This document shows, in pieces, positions 34,316 through 44,827 of a stretch of DNA of 64,000 nucleotides (its first letter is position 1; each line of letters begins with the position of its first letter). The DNA comes from a virus. The notes below the pieces were generated by a model. That model saw nothing but the letters and a program-made list of their open reading frames with translations. It made no database searches and was not told where the DNA came from. A program made the position numbers and the translations under genes. The DNA is taken from IMG/VR virus record IMGVR_UViG_3300046007_012472, positions 1 to 64,000 of that record; one strand, written 5' to 3'.

Positions 34316-36238
34316 TTATGTATTTGTCAGATCTACAAGCTCACACTTATCTCCTGTACAGGCAAAGGTCTGAGTTCCTTTCGTAGAATCCTGCTTTTCA
34401 TAGCTAGAAAGCATACTCCAATCGATATTTTGTGGCATTTTAGCCAGCAAAGCCTCATATTCCTCTTTAGAGCAGTCCTGATATGGTGCTTGACGGTAAC
34501 TGTGGTCTGAGTGTGGTAGGAATGAAATTCCGCTGATTTCATCAAAATGTTCATATACCCAAGCACCTACCTCCATCCATTCGTGCTCTTTGACAGTCAC
34601 TGTGATCGATGGCTTATGCTCACACCAATGGCGTTGATAAGTTAACCAAAGTTCTAGCTGTTCGATCGCATCCATGTCGTTTCGTGTCACAGATCCAACC
34701 GCCTTCATCGGGAATGAGAACACCATGACGCTATCGGGCTTCATGACACATGGCTCATGGGGGAAACCAAGATCAATCATCATCTTGCAGAGAGGATCCT
34801 TTTGGTCTGCACGCACGGTACGAATATAGTATTCGTTGTGACGGGCGTGAATACCGGAAGCCGCGTCTACAAGTTGAGAAACGGTTCCGCTAGGCTTCAC
34901 ACAAGTAATAGCCGCAGCTTGATTAATTTTGATTTTCTTAGCCCATTCTTTGTTCGCATCTATAGCAATCTGACGCAAACTACCAAGGAATTTCTCAAGA
35001 TGTTCATTTCCACCATACATCATAGGATTGTCCATTATCCCAGTCAAAGAAACACCAAGCAAAGCCTCCTCTTCACAGTTTCTCTTCCACTCTGAAGAGA
35101 GGTATGGAAAATGAGTCAATGAAGCCTGAAAAGTTCCGAGAATAGTTGCAAGACGAACCTTTCTCTGAAGGCTCTCTGCGGTATCCTCCGGGCGAACCAC
35201 GACTTCGGTGAGATTGCAGAACTCACGATCGCGCAGGATTATCTCTGAGCAAGGGTTGGTCCCAAACTCGTATGAGGCATCGCGGCGTTCCCCAAGGCGT
35301 TCTACGGTCTTACGGGTAGCCTCACGGTTGAAGATACCACGCTCGCCGCTCTTGCTCTTGTAGAGGGACAGCCACTCTTCCATGAATGTTCCGATCTCAG
35401 GCTTTTCCTTATATGCTACAGAGTTATTTGCAAGGGCGCGTTGCGGGTTCGCTTCCCACCATGCACCACTCTTAGCTTCCCGCATTCTTTCGTCGGTAAG
35501 GTTAGATAGAGAGATAAGAGCGGACCTACGCACTCCTCCGACCACGACAATCTCTGCAACTTTACAAACGATATCATGGCATTCGATTGAGGTAAGTTTA
35601 CGACCTGCGGCTCGCTTAAAAGTATCGCAGGTGAACTTAAAAAGGTCCTCCAGTGGTCTTGGTCCTGAAGCCCTACCACCAAAGGTTTTGAGTCTGGAAC
35701 CAGCAGGGCGAACTTTAGACATGTCCCATCGTGGAATTTGACCTCCAACGAGAAGGGATACAAGTTCCTTGAAAGCCTTAGCCCAACCAGCCTTAGAGTC
35801 TTCCACAGCGATTGTTGTATCGCTCTGGCTGAAATGTTCAGCGATTGTAGGAAGCTTCTCGACATATTGGCGTTCCACGGAGAAACCGACCCCGGTTCCA
35901 CACATGAGGATATATAGAATTTCATCAAAAGCACGAAGACGATTCATTGCAACATAAGAACAATTATACCCAGCAGTGTTGTCGCGACGAAGTGCTTCTC
36001 CTGCGGTCATCAATGCACGCATTGAAGGCATGATCTCAAGGTTAAGAACAGCATCCTCTAATTCCTTGCGAAGAGCCTTAGTCAGATGATAACCTTGATT
36101 CTCCTGTAGATGGTTCTCGAAGAAGTCAAAATATCTGCCAACCGTCTCTTTCCAAGTTTCGCGTCTATTTTCTTTTTCGAGCCATCTTGAGTATCTTGAA
36201 AGATGGATAAAATCTTGGTACAAAGTTGGTAATGACAT
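34316..36238 (-). CDS. nrdJ: class II (B12-dependent) ribonucleotide reductase
   Basis: PSMRAL, YNC, GTGVGFSV, GGVRRSA, TNPCSEI, CNL, TCVKPSGTVS, C-terminal CTGDKC. Confidence 0.95.
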   Translation of the reverse strand: MSLPTLYQDFIHLSRYSRWLEKENRRETWKETVGRYFDFFENHLQENQGYHLTKALRKELEDAVLNLEIMPSMRALMTAGEALRRDNTAGYNCSYVAMNRLRAFDEILYILMCGTGVGFSVERQYVEKLPTIAEHFSQSDTTIAVEDSKAGWAKAFKELVSLLVGGQIPRWDMSKVRPAGSRLKTFGGRASGPRPLEDLFKFTCDTFKRAAGRKLTSIECHDIVCKVAEIVVVGGVRRSALISLSNLTDERMREAKSGAWWEANPQRALANNSVAYKEKPEIGTFMEEWLSLYKSKSGERGIFNREATRKTVERLGERRDASYEFGTNPCSEIILRDREFCNLTEVVVRPEDTAESLQRKVRLATILGTFQASLTHFPYLSSEWKRNCEEEALLGVSLTGIMDNPMMYGGNEHLEKFLGSLRQIAIDANKEWAKKIKINQAAAITCVKPSGTVSQLVDAASGIHARHNEYYIRTVRADQKDPLCKMMIDLGFPHEPCVMKPDSVMVFSFPMKAVGSVTRNDMDAIEQLELWLTYQRHWCEHKPSITVTVKEHEWMEVGAWVYEHFDEISGISFLPHSDHSYRQAPYQDCSKEEYEALLAKMPQNIDWSMLSSYEKQDSTKGTQTFACTGDKCELVDLTNT

Positions 36239-36274
36239 ATATTCAATCTCCTTTATGATTAAGACAAGTTGTAT

Positions 36275-37027
36275 TTATTTTGCTGTTAGAACCTTCCACG
36301 ACTCTGGGAAAAGTTCTGATATAATATCGGATATAGAGGTAGAATATTCACGGACTTCCCACTGTGCATGGGGGTCGGAACGCAGTTTACAGACTCTCGC
36401 ATAGGCGGCTAGGGAGCCTGTCCAGAACCATTCCGTGTATGTACCCTGCGGAAGTACGAACCGAGCCTGCTCAGGTGCCACGCCCTTTGCCAGAAGGCTA
36501 CGGTAGATCCCAAGAGCATGTTCAGTAGCAGAATCGTAACCCAGATTACAATAGTTGTAGTTGTCATTGTACTCCATGAAATCTTCTGAACCTTGCTTGG
36601 CTCCGTTGGTGGGCTTGTCCCTCCAGCGAGGGTTATAGACTTCGGGTTCTTCCGTCACATAACGACGGGAAATTTCGTTCTCTACAAACCCAACCTTGTG
36701 CTTGAAAAGTTGGGTACGAATGGAAATTGGTGCTTTGATACGAAGGCAGATTTGAGGATGTGCAAAAGGTGTCCAGTGTTGATGCTTTGCAAGATAAGAA
36801 ATAAGTTTCTTGTCCTTTTCCTTCAACCTGAAATTGTATCTGTGTTCGGTTATAGATCGACTATCAACATCAATCTCTTCCTTGATATCGTAGTCAAATT
36901 CTGATTCCTTGGCGAAAGACACGCGAGCCGCATTGACCACCAAGAGATCTGATCCCATGTGATCAACATACTCTACATGTCCCTTGTCAAGTACCCGTAT
37001 CTTCGTTTTCGTTAGATTCGTCGTCAT
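36275..37027 (-). CDS. thyX: flavin-dependent thymidylate synthase
   Basis: VNAARVSF, HWTPF, QLFKHKVG..ENEISRRY, EQARFVLP, HAQWEVR. Confidence 0.95.
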   Translation of the reverse strand: MTTNLTKTKIRVLDKGHVEYVDHMGSDLLVVNAARVSFAKESEFDYDIKEEIDVDSRSITEHRYNFRLKEKDKKLISYLAKHQHWTPFAHPQICLRIKAPISIRTQLFKHKVGFVENEISRRYVTEEPEVYNPRWRDKPTNGAKQGSEDFMEYNDNYNYCNLGYDSATEHALGIYRSLLAKGVAPEQARFVLPQGTYTEWFWTGSLAAYARVCKLRSDPHAQWEVREYSTSISDIISELFPESWKVLTAK

Positions 37028-37217
37028 AGTATAAAAATTTCACATTATCTGTTTCTGCAAAAGACTTTGCATAGTCAATTGCAAGTTTCCATAATTGAGG
37101 ATCTCGTTCTTTCACATAACTCGAAAACAATGACATAAAATCAAGAAGAGCATTTGCTAATTCATCACTTACTTCGTCATCTAATGGTTCTTCGTCTGGT
37201 CTTTCGTCTTTTTCCAT
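36987..37217 (-). CDS. acidic hypothetical protein
   Basis: 76 aa ORF between primase and thyX. Confidence 0.6.
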   Translation of the reverse strand: MEKDERPDEEPLDDEVSDELANALLDFMSLFSSYVKERDPQLWKLAIDYAKSFAETDNVKFLYYDDESNENEDTGT

Positions 37218-38212
37218 TGTGTCAACCTCAGTGTTGCTTCCATTCCGCTGAACGAGTATGTTTGAAGCATGTCAATTATACCAGAAACTTTCATGCCTGC
37301 CAAGACCATTTCATTGATATCCTTCTGTTTGATGCAGGTTGGAAGAATCGCAACTCTTCGTCCCTGATCGATCAATTTTTCCATCGCAGAAACAACATTC
37401 TTGTTTCTTGGTTCATTGTCCAGAACAAATATCAATTCCTTGTCCTTCAGAGTAGAAGGTACTTTATCTATGGTGGACAGACCTGTTGACGCGACACAAT
37501 TAGGCAAAAAAAGCGAGTCGATCGGACCTTCGACCACGAATACAGGATTCTCCAGTTTTTGCCACAACCCATACCACTTGTCAGAATCTTCTTTCCCACG
37601 AATGGTAATATAGCGAATCTCGGCATCCTTTTGCAACGATCTGCCTTGTACGGAAATAATGTTGCCTTCAGAATCATAAAAAGGAATTACAAGTCTAGAT
37701 TCCTTCTTGAGATTAACTTCAGGATCTATGGTTTTTGCAAATTCTGCAAAGTCTTCTGCATAAAGAAGTTCATTCCATTTCTCGTCGGGTATCATTCGAG
37801 AAATTGCAAACTTGACGGCAGGATGTTCTTTAGGTAAATCTGGCAGTCTGGGAAGGACAGATTTCTCAGAATCTAGCCGTTTAGGAAGGACAGTTTTCGG
37901 TGGAATGACCACAGGTCCAGTACGACCCACATGAGCATTCTTTTCTTTCCACTGCTCATAGGAGTATTCCTTGAACACAGAAGCATCCATGTCCTTCAGG
38001 AAGAACCCAAAGGACTTGGCTGCACCACAATTGTGGCAGAAGAAATACCACTCACCCTTCTTCAGAATGAAGAAGCCGCGTGCCTTAGTCTTCTTTTTGG
38101 AAGAATCTCCACACAATGGACAGGAACAGTTGTATAGTCCAGCTCTCTTTCTTTTGAAGTTCTTCAACCTGCATGAGATCATATTGATGTATTTTTCATC
38201 AATCCATGTCAT
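37181..38212 (-). CDS. 61: DNA primase gp61
   Basis: CPLCGDS..CHNCG zinc finger, RLVIPF, QGR, VEGPIDSLF, DNEPRN, KDINE. Confidence 0.97.
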   Translation of the reverse strand: MTWIDEKYINMISCRLKNFKRKRAGLYNCSCPLCGDSSKKKTKARGFFILKKGEWYFFCHNCGAAKSFGFFLKDMDASVFKEYSYEQWKEKNAHVGRTGPVVIPPKTVLPKRLDSEKSVLPRLPDLPKEHPAVKFAISRMIPDEKWNELLYAEDFAEFAKTIDPEVNLKKESRLVIPFYDSEGNIISVQGRSLQKDAEIRYITIRGKEDSDKWYGLWQKLENPVFVVEGPIDSLFLPNCVASTGLSTIDKVPSTLKDKELIFVLDNEPRNKNVVSAMEKLIDQGRRVAILPTCIKQKDINEMVLAGMKVSGIIDMLQTYSFSGMEATLRLTQWKKTKDQTKNH

Positions 38213-39095
38213 TAATGTAATCTCTCATCGAAATAGAATGATTCCAATTTAGTTTTGATTTAATTTTAATTGTGTTTGCGTTCGTTATTTTTGCTTCGCC
38301 TTTTCTTGGTGGAATATAAATTTTATTCCCCCCGATCATATCTGCTATTTCATTTATTGAATATGAATTTCCAGTGCCTAAATTATAAACTTCCCCATTT
38401 TGTCTTTCATGTATCATCATTCCGCGAATTAGAGCAGAACATATATCATCTACATGAATAAAATCTCTTTTTTGTGTTCCATCTCCAACTATAGTTAAAT
38501 CTTGTTTATTTTTTTTCTGTCTAAGGAATATTCCCATGATTGGAGCATACTGTCCTTTTGTTGGCTGTCGAGGACCATAAATATTAAAACCTCTAAAACA
38601 AACGGTATCTAATCCATACAATGAAGAATATAATTTACACAGTTGTTCCCCGAATAATTTAGAATATGAATAAGCATTTAAACAATCTGGAACATCTGTT
38701 TCTGTTTGGATTTCTTTGGATTGCAATCCATAAATTGCGGAAGTGCTCATAAAAACCATTCTGTTAATTTTATTTTTACTCGATAGTTCCAAAATATTTT
38801 GAGTTCCCATGACATTTGTTTTTATGCACAATGAAGGATCTTCGATACAATTTTGAATACGAGCTTCTGCCGCTAAATGAAAAACACCATCTAAATAATC
38901 GGTTTCAAATATAGTTGAACAAATAATATCATTTATATCACAATGATAATATTTTGCTTTGATGTTAAAGTAAAAATTTTCATGAGCATCTGAACTTAAA
39001 TTGTCTATAACAATCACTTCATGATTGTGTGATATTAATTTGTCAACTAAATTAGATCCAATAAATCCGCATCCACCTGTTACTAGAAATTTCAT
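38199..39095 (-). CDS. NAD-dependent nucleotide-sugar epimerase/dehydratase
   Basis: TGGCGFIGS, YSYSK, FNIYGPRQ, GDGTQKRDFIHV. Confidence 0.93.
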   Translation of the reverse strand: MKFLVTGGCGFIGSNLVDKLISHNHEVIVIDNLSSDAHENFYFNIKAKYYHCDINDIICSTIFETDYLDGVFHLAAEARIQNCIEDPSLCIKTNVMGTQNILELSSKNKINRMVFMSTSAIYGLQSKEIQTETDVPDCLNAYSYSKLFGEQLCKLYSSLYGLDTVCFRGFNIYGPRQPTKGQYAPIMGIFLRQKKNKQDLTIVGDGTQKRDFIHVDDICSALIRGMMIHERQNGEVYNLGTGNSYSINEIADMIGGNKIYIPPRKGEAKITNANTIKIKSKLNWNHSISMRDYINDMD

Positions 39096-39099
39096 AATA

Positions 39100-40500
39100 C
39101 TAAATTTTCCAATCATTTACATTATTTTTTTGATATTTTGTTTCAATTTGAACATCAAATCCTTTACCTGGGATTGTTTTTTCGCTAATATTTGCATTTA
39201 ATATCCCAGAATGGGCTGATTTTGGGGCATCCTTGAACTTCATCATAGACCGATCCAACGATAGGATGAACTTGCGGTTCGACATACCGTCATTGTAGCG
39301 GTTCTTAAGTTGCTTCACAAGGATCTGCTTTACTTCTTCCAATTCTTCGGTGCTGATGAGGGCGAACATGAAATCCGCAGTCATAGGCAGACCAAAACTG
39401 TCTGAAGTCTCTGACATGTCGATGTCCTGATTCCCGAAGCCTTCTCGGTTGGTCTGTGTGGCAGTCCACAGGGGGAGACCGTATTCCACAGCCAAACCAC
39501 GGAGTTCTTCCGCGATCGACTTGACATACATGTATGTGTTGACCCCACCACCCATCTTGAAACGAGAACTGGCGCAGATATTCAGGTAGTCCACGAAAAG
39601 CACATCTGGAACAAACTTCTTCTTCAGACGCAACTCCTCAAGCAGGGCACGGAAATGATTCACCGTTGCCGTGGCTGTCGGATATTCCTTGATGATGAGT
39701 TTACCCTTGACATTCTCTCGGATGGATTCCATCTTCTTGTCGTAAAGTTGCTTGGGAATCTGCTTGAGATTATCAAGAGAGATGTTCATCAAGTTAGCGT
39801 CAATGCGTTCTGCAATACGCTCCTCTGCCATCTCGCAGGTGATATAAAGGACATTCAGATTCTGGGTCAAGCAGTTTGCTGCATGGTGGCACAGGAACAT
39901 CGACTTGCCCACGCCGGTAGGGGCAATCACGACATTCAGAGTCTTGGTTGGTGTCCCACCTGCGGTGATCGTATTCATCATTTCGAGATCAAAAGGAATA
40001 CGCTTTTCCTTGGTATGGTAGAATTCAAATCGAGTCTCTGCATCATCGATATAATCGTGACCGATGTGGGTATCAAAGGAGACAGCAAGGGCGTTAGACA
40101 GAATCGTAGGGATAGCCCCCTTGGTCTGTGTCTTTGACTTACCATCGATGATGTGAATAGATTCCAGTACGGCATTGTACAATGCACGATCCTTGCAGAA
40201 CTTCTCTGTCTCGTCTACAAGCCATTTGTCATCCAAGCTTTCATGCGTACCAAAGACTGTTTCAGTCAAACTCAGGCAATTCTCCAAGACCCCATCATCA
40301 AGATCAGTCTTGTCACCAAGAATGATTTGGACTGCTGCCTTGGTGGGAAGAGAATTATACTTGTTGGTGTAATCTGAAAAGATAGAGAACAGAATCTTGT
40401 TCTCCTTGTCTGTGAAATAGTCCTCCTTTAGGAAGGGGAGGACTTTTCGCACATACTTCTCATTGTGAGAGAGCTGTTGTAGGATTGTATGTTCAATCAT
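39100..40500 (-). CDS. 41: replicative helicase gp41
   Basis: EKFCKDRA, GHDY, APTGVGKS, VDYLNIC, AEELRGLA, KQLKNRY. Confidence 0.97.
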   Translation of the reverse strand: MIEHTILQQLSHNEKYVRKVLPFLKEDYFTDKENKILFSIFSDYTNKYNSLPTKAAVQIILGDKTDLDDGVLENCLSLTETVFGTHESLDDKWLVDETEKFCKDRALYNAVLESIHIIDGKSKTQTKGAIPTILSNALAVSFDTHIGHDYIDDAETRFEFYHTKEKRIPFDLEMMNTITAGGTPTKTLNVVIAPTGVGKSMFLCHHAANCLTQNLNVLYITCEMAEERIAERIDANLMNISLDNLKQIPKQLYDKKMESIRENVKGKLIIKEYPTATATVNHFRALLEELRLKKKFVPDVLFVDYLNICASSRFKMGGGVNTYMYVKSIAEELRGLAVEYGLPLWTATQTNREGFGNQDIDMSETSDSFGLPMTADFMFALISTEELEEVKQILVKQLKNRYNDGMSNRKFILSLDRSMMKFKDAPKSAHSGILNANISEKTIPGKGFDVQIETKYQKNNVNDWKI

Positions 40501-40506
40501 TCTTTC

Positions 40507-40534
40507 ATTGTACCAAGAAGCATCAAAAAGTCAA
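40507..40534 (-). promoter_or_regulatory. sigma70-type promoter giving a leaderless gene 41 mRNA
   Basis: TTGACT-N16-TACAAT with TGn; ATG 6 nt after the -10 box. Confidence 0.8.
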
Positions 40535-40545
40535 CACAATCGTTT

Positions 40546-41505
40546 TTAGTTTTTTAGGTACACTTCTTTGAATTTTTCCATCACTTTACTTGGCTCGTAG
40601 TCTCTGTATGCATTCCAATCTTTTCCATTTATGTCGGCGTGAGATATATTGGAAAGTATATTTGAAATATCTTCTTTGGTATTGTAATAAATGCCTTTTT
40701 CTTGGAGTATGTCGATATGGCTTCTTTCTCTGGAACCGAACCAAGTTATAACTGGTTTATTTCTTATTGAAAACTCACCACAAGCCATCCCAAAAGATTC
40801 TCCTACAGTCCTTGCGTGCAGCATTGCATCGCATGTGTTTATGAACTTTACCTTGTAATTGGCATCTGTGGAGCCGGGAAGGAATATCACTCTATCATGA
40901 TCTATGAATCTTTCTGTGTATTGAAACACAAACCAAATGTCCGATCTTTTGTCTATGATTTCCTTGATCGCTTCTTTTACGAAAGGAATATCGAATGTCT
41001 CAAAACCCCCATTCCTACCGAACACAAAAGCATCAACAGGTATATTCAATTCTTTTCTTAGATTTTCTTCCCCTGCTGGAAGGTGAACTATGTAAGGAAC
41101 ATAAGGTATTTTGTGATCAACCAAAGAAGAGAGCCAACGAGAACCTGTAGCAAATACATCTCCATGGACATCATTCATGGAACAGATCGCAATAGCGTTT
41201 ACAAGATTTTTGCAAACCGTTGATATTACACCATCCGGTCTTCCACCCTTTTCCATGAAAAAATAATCACAAGCATTGTCTAGAAGGATATTGTCTATTT
41301 GAGAGACATGATCATAATGAAACACATTTCCATTGAAAGTGTTTTTAAACTTTTCGATCACTGTTTCATTGTTTGCACTATGTCTGGAATTGTATAATAT
41401 TATTGGCTCAATTTGCAATAATTCTCTTGCCCAATATGCCCAATTATAAATGGCTACTGTAGTACCGAATAAAGACAAAGCATTATCATGAAATGCAATT
41501 TTCAT
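40546..41505 (-). CDS. GT-B fold glycosyltransferase
   Basis: GTTVA.Y, LRKELNIP, DAMLHAR..GESFG...GEF. Confidence 0.75.
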   Translation of the reverse strand: MKIAFHDNALSLFGTTVAIYNWAYWARELLQIEPIILYNSRHSANNETVIEKFKNTFNGNVFHYDHVSQIDNILLDNACDYFFMEKGGRPDGVISTVCKNLVNAIAICSMNDVHGDVFATGSRWLSSLVDHKIPYVPYIVHLPAGEENLRKELNIPVDAFVFGRNGGFETFDIPFVKEAIKEIIDKRSDIWFVFQYTERFIDHDRVIFLPGSTDANYKVKFINTCDAMLHARTVGESFGMACGEFSIRNKPVITWFGSRERSHIDILQEKGIYYNTKEDISNILSNISHADINGKDWNAYRDYEPSKVMEKFKEVYLKN

Positions 41506-42142
41506 TATATTTTTCCAATTTTATGAACAATAAATCTTGCTGAATTAGTGTATTATTGGGAGTGATTTGATTTTCTATTACGCAATCTACAACAAATCCA
41601 TTTTTGTCCATAAATTCGACTACATCTCTTTGTGAAGGACATCCTTCATTGTAATTTGAAATATCTGTTTCTGCCAACACTAGTTTTGCATTAGATAAGG
41701 TTTTTGGACAACTTTTTAAAATGTCCAATTCACTTCCTTGTGTGTCTAATTTTATAAAATCAAACAAAAAATTTGCAAAAGAAGATTTTTCTAAAATAGA
41801 ATCTAGTGTATCGGTTTGTATTTCTTGAACAAGCAAATTATCTCCCTCATAGCAGTGTGTATTTTCTTTATATAAAGAATGTCCTGTGCCCGTAGAGTCA
41901 TTCTTCATTCTATAAAATTTTTTAATACTTTTGGAATCTGATGGACAAGAAATAATATAATTTAATCCGAGCTGTCTTAAATATGGTTCACAATCGGTGT
42001 TTGGTTCAATGCAAAGGACAAACATTTCAGGAAAAATAGACTTTATTTCTGTTGAAAATTGTCCAATATTTGCACCAATATCTAAGACTGTTTTTACATT
42101 GTGTTTTGCTATTTGTTGATATAGTTTTATTGTATTTTTCAT
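41486..42142 (-). CDS. FkbM-family methyltransferase
   Basis: LDIGANIG, IKLDTQGSELDIL. Confidence 0.9.
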   Translation of the reverse strand: MKNTIKLYQQIAKHNVKTVLDIGANIGQFSTEIKSIFPEMFVLCIEPNTDCEPYLRQLGLNYIISCPSDSKSIKKFYRMKNDSTGTGHSLYKENTHCYEGDNLLVQEIQTDTLDSILEKSSFANFLFDFIKLDTQGSELDILKSCPKTLSNAKLVLAETDISNYNEGCPSQRDVVEFMDKNGFVVDCVIENQITPNNTLIQQDLLFIKLEKYNENCIS

Positions 42143-42153
42143 TTTTCTCCCTA

Positions 42154-42954
42154 TTATATGGCAAATCCAAGCCAGTTTGTGTTGTTTTTTGTAAAACCAA
42201 GACCAGTTCTTATAATTCCAAAATGATAATTAAATCTTTCTATGTTAAGTTTATAATCATCTGCAAATTTTTTGTGATTTGTTTCTATGTGCCAATGTCC
42301 TATTCTCATGTAGTTTTCTTTTAACCATTCATAATATTGGCAGCATATATCTTTAATAGAATTCTTGTTACCGATTAAAATTTGATCTGTGAGACCCCCA
42401 TGGTCACAATTTTCAAACCAAGGAATCATCACTTTCTCATCAGATTCTTTTACCTTGGATTTGAGATATTCTATGGGAAGAGGATCTGGAGTTTCGTGGT
42501 CTTGATACCAATTCCCGTAAGGATTTTCTGGAAATTTTCCCAAAAAAGTATCTACTCTAGTTTTAATCACTATATCATAATTTATTTCGGTTTTGTCTGC
42601 GTATTCTCTAAAAAGTTCATACACTCTTTTTGTTCCATGAGCTATGGAAAAATTTGCTCCGATATAATTATTTTGCTTTGTTATTTCTCCAACTGGACTA
42701 GAATCATAATCCTGAACATCATAAGAAACCACATTCATGTTTTCAATTAATTTTTCTATTTTATAAACATCAGATGTGAGTATTTTAACTTTATTTATAT
42801 TTTCCCACGCTGTTTTATTTTCTCCATTCCATGTATGACAAAACACATCAGTAATATTTGAATCGTAAAATTCTGGATGTTTTCGTTTCCAGTCTTTTAT
42901 TGCCATATCCAAAGAACGCAGATGTCCAGAAAATAAAAGTGCTATTTTTCCCAT
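42154..42954 (-). CDS. putative glycosyltransferase
   Basis: KIALLFSGHLR, DVFCHTW, YDIVIKTRVD. Confidence 0.6.
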   Translation of the reverse strand: MGKIALLFSGHLRSLDMAIKDWKRKHPEFYDSNITDVFCHTWNGENKTAWENINKVKILTSDVYKIEKLIENMNVVSYDVQDYDSSPVGEITKQNNYIGANFSIAHGTKRVYELFREYADKTEINYDIVIKTRVDTFLGKFPENPYGNWYQDHETPDPLPIEYLKSKVKESDEKVMIPWFENCDHGGLTDQILIGNKNSIKDICCQYYEWLKENYMRIGHWHIETNHKKFADDYKLNIERFNYHFGIIRTGLGFTKNNTNWLGFAI

Positions 42955-43709
42955 TATAAATTCCTAAAAATTTCTATATCATTTCTTACAAATGAATGGT
43001 GCGATGCTCCATATTTATCTGGAGCAAACGGATGATTCATGTCAAAATACATCATATGATCAATTAAGTCTAAATTTTTTATATTTGCTCCAAAAACAGA
43101 ATGTCCATCTATATTACCACAAATATTGATTAGTTTACTTATGTTCAAAATAATAGAAGAATGTTTTTCGATATTAGACCCTGAGCCTATAGTAAAAACA
43201 GGATTTTGAACTCTGAATCCATTTGACATGTATGTGCTTTTATTAAAATCTGATTGATATATTTTTGTATTATCCAATACAGAAAAATCTATTTTGACAT
43301 TAAGTGCCACATCAAATCGTGTAGATATAACCCAATCATATTCTATTTTATTTTCGAATTCATATTCTTTTCTTTTTAAATCCGAAAAATATAAACTATG
43401 ATAATGAGAATAATTTGAATAAACATATTGATCTGGAGTTGATCCATCTTTGAACTTTTCCACTAAATTTTTATTTAAAGTTTCTTCAAAACTAAATGCT
43501 TTTGGGTGATATAAATCAATAATTTTTTGTTTGAAGTCACTCAGAGAGGAAGAATAATCCCATGTATGAAAAAACACATCAACATCGATGTCATTTCTAT
43601 GAATAAGATTTTTATTTTGATATTCTATTGATAAAGGAGAGTATTCTGAAAAAAGACAAAGACCTCTAGCTTGGCCATGTAAACATAATGCAATTCTTTT
43701 TTTACTCAA
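42954..43709 (-). CDS. putative glycosyltransferase (same family as neighbour)
   Basis: IALCLHGQAR, DVFFHTW, YDWVISTRFD. Confidence 0.6.
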   Translation of the reverse strand: MSKKRIALCLHGQARGLCLFSEYSPLSIEYQNKNLIHRNDIDVDVFFHTWDYSSSLSDFKQKIIDLYHPKAFSFEETLNKNLVEKFKDGSTPDQYVYSNYSHYHSLYFSDLKRKEYEFENKIEYDWVISTRFDVALNVKIDFSVLDNTKIYQSDFNKSTYMSNGFRVQNPVFTIGSGSNIEKHSSIILNISKLINICGNIDGHSVFGANIKNLDLIDHMMYFDMNHPFAPDKYGASHHSFVRNDIEIFRNL

Positions 43710-44827
43710 ATTATACTCACATTTTCATTATGAATTTTTATTGATTCTATAATTTCATCTTTATATTGGGCAGTTCTTACTATAACAATAGGAGCTTTTT
43801 CTTGTTTTATACAAGATGGATTATATATCATCAAATTACTCCCATAAAGAAATTTTCCTATTTTATTTTTATCGTTATCTAATACTCCTAATAAATTTTC
43901 TACATTTAATCCATATGCAATCAGCATTTGAGTAAATATATGACCACCGAAGCAATAGACTTTTTTTCCCTTTATCTGAGAATTTATGTTAATTACATCT
44001 TCCACTAAATTTTTTACGAATGTTTCGTATACATTTTTAGCTATTAATTTATCATAAACTAATTCTTTGGGTTCATTTATTTTTTTAAGTTTGTAAAAAC
44101 AATTGTGCCGAGAAAACTCATGGATATCTACAATTTCCAGTCCGGCTATTTTTGACATAAGGTTCATGTAAGCGTGACTGATATAATATGTGTGCTCAAA
44201 ATTTAATGCATTTAAAAAACCATCCTTTAATTGCTGTTCAATATTGGGTACAGAAATAATTATAGCACCGTCATCTGTTAACATGTTTTTTATTTTTAAC
44301 AGTATATCAACTGGATTATAAAAATGTTCTAAAGTATGGGAAAGTATTGCTACATCATATTTTTTGTCTGTTTTAACATTTTCAACATAATCCTTAATTA
44401 TTTTTATTTTTGAATTTGTTTTACCATCATACAACCCAGCAGACAAATCACAAACAGTATATGATATAATTGAAGAATTTTCGCAAACTGCATTTGCTAT
44501 CTTCATATTTGCTCCGCCAATGTCTATAGCATTTTTTGGATTATTAAAAACGATATAATTTGACAACTCTTGATTATGCAATTCCCATGTTTTTCCTATT
44601 GCTGGGTTGTGTGGTTTTTTATAAAGAACTTTTGGATCAATAAGATTACTTAATTGAACACATCCACAATTTGAACATGAGGAAAATTCCATGTTTTCAT
44701 ATAATTGAATTTCATCTTTATCTCTGATTCCCATATAGACAGGAAAATCTTTTATTATATGAAAAAATTCTAAATTTTCTTTGCATAATGCACAATTTGT
44801 CCTTCTTATCATTTTAAATTCCTTCAC
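43706..44827 (-). CDS. NDP-sugar C-methyltransferase-like SAM-dependent methyltransferase
   Basis: N-terminal CxxC...CxxCG zinc motif, SHTLEH, FEH..Y, LDND..K.G..LYG. Confidence 0.8.
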   Translation of the reverse strand: MKEFKMIRRTNCALCKENLEFFHIIKDFPVYMGIRDKDEIQLYENMEFSSCSNCGCVQLSNLIDPKVLYKKPHNPAIGKTWELHNQELSNYIVFNNPKNAIDIGGANMKIANAVCENSSIISYTVCDLSAGLYDGKTNSKIKIIKDYVENVKTDKKYDVAILSHTLEHFYNPVDILLKIKNMLTDDGAIIISVPNIEQQLKDGFLNALNFEHTYYISHAYMNLMSKIAGLEIVDIHEFSRHNCFYKLKKINEPKELVYDKLIAKNVYETFVKNLVEDVININSQIKGKKVYCFGGHIFTQMLIAYGLNVENLLGVLDNDKNKIGKFLYGSNLMIYNPSCIKQEKAPIVIVRTAQYKDEIIESIKIHNENVSII

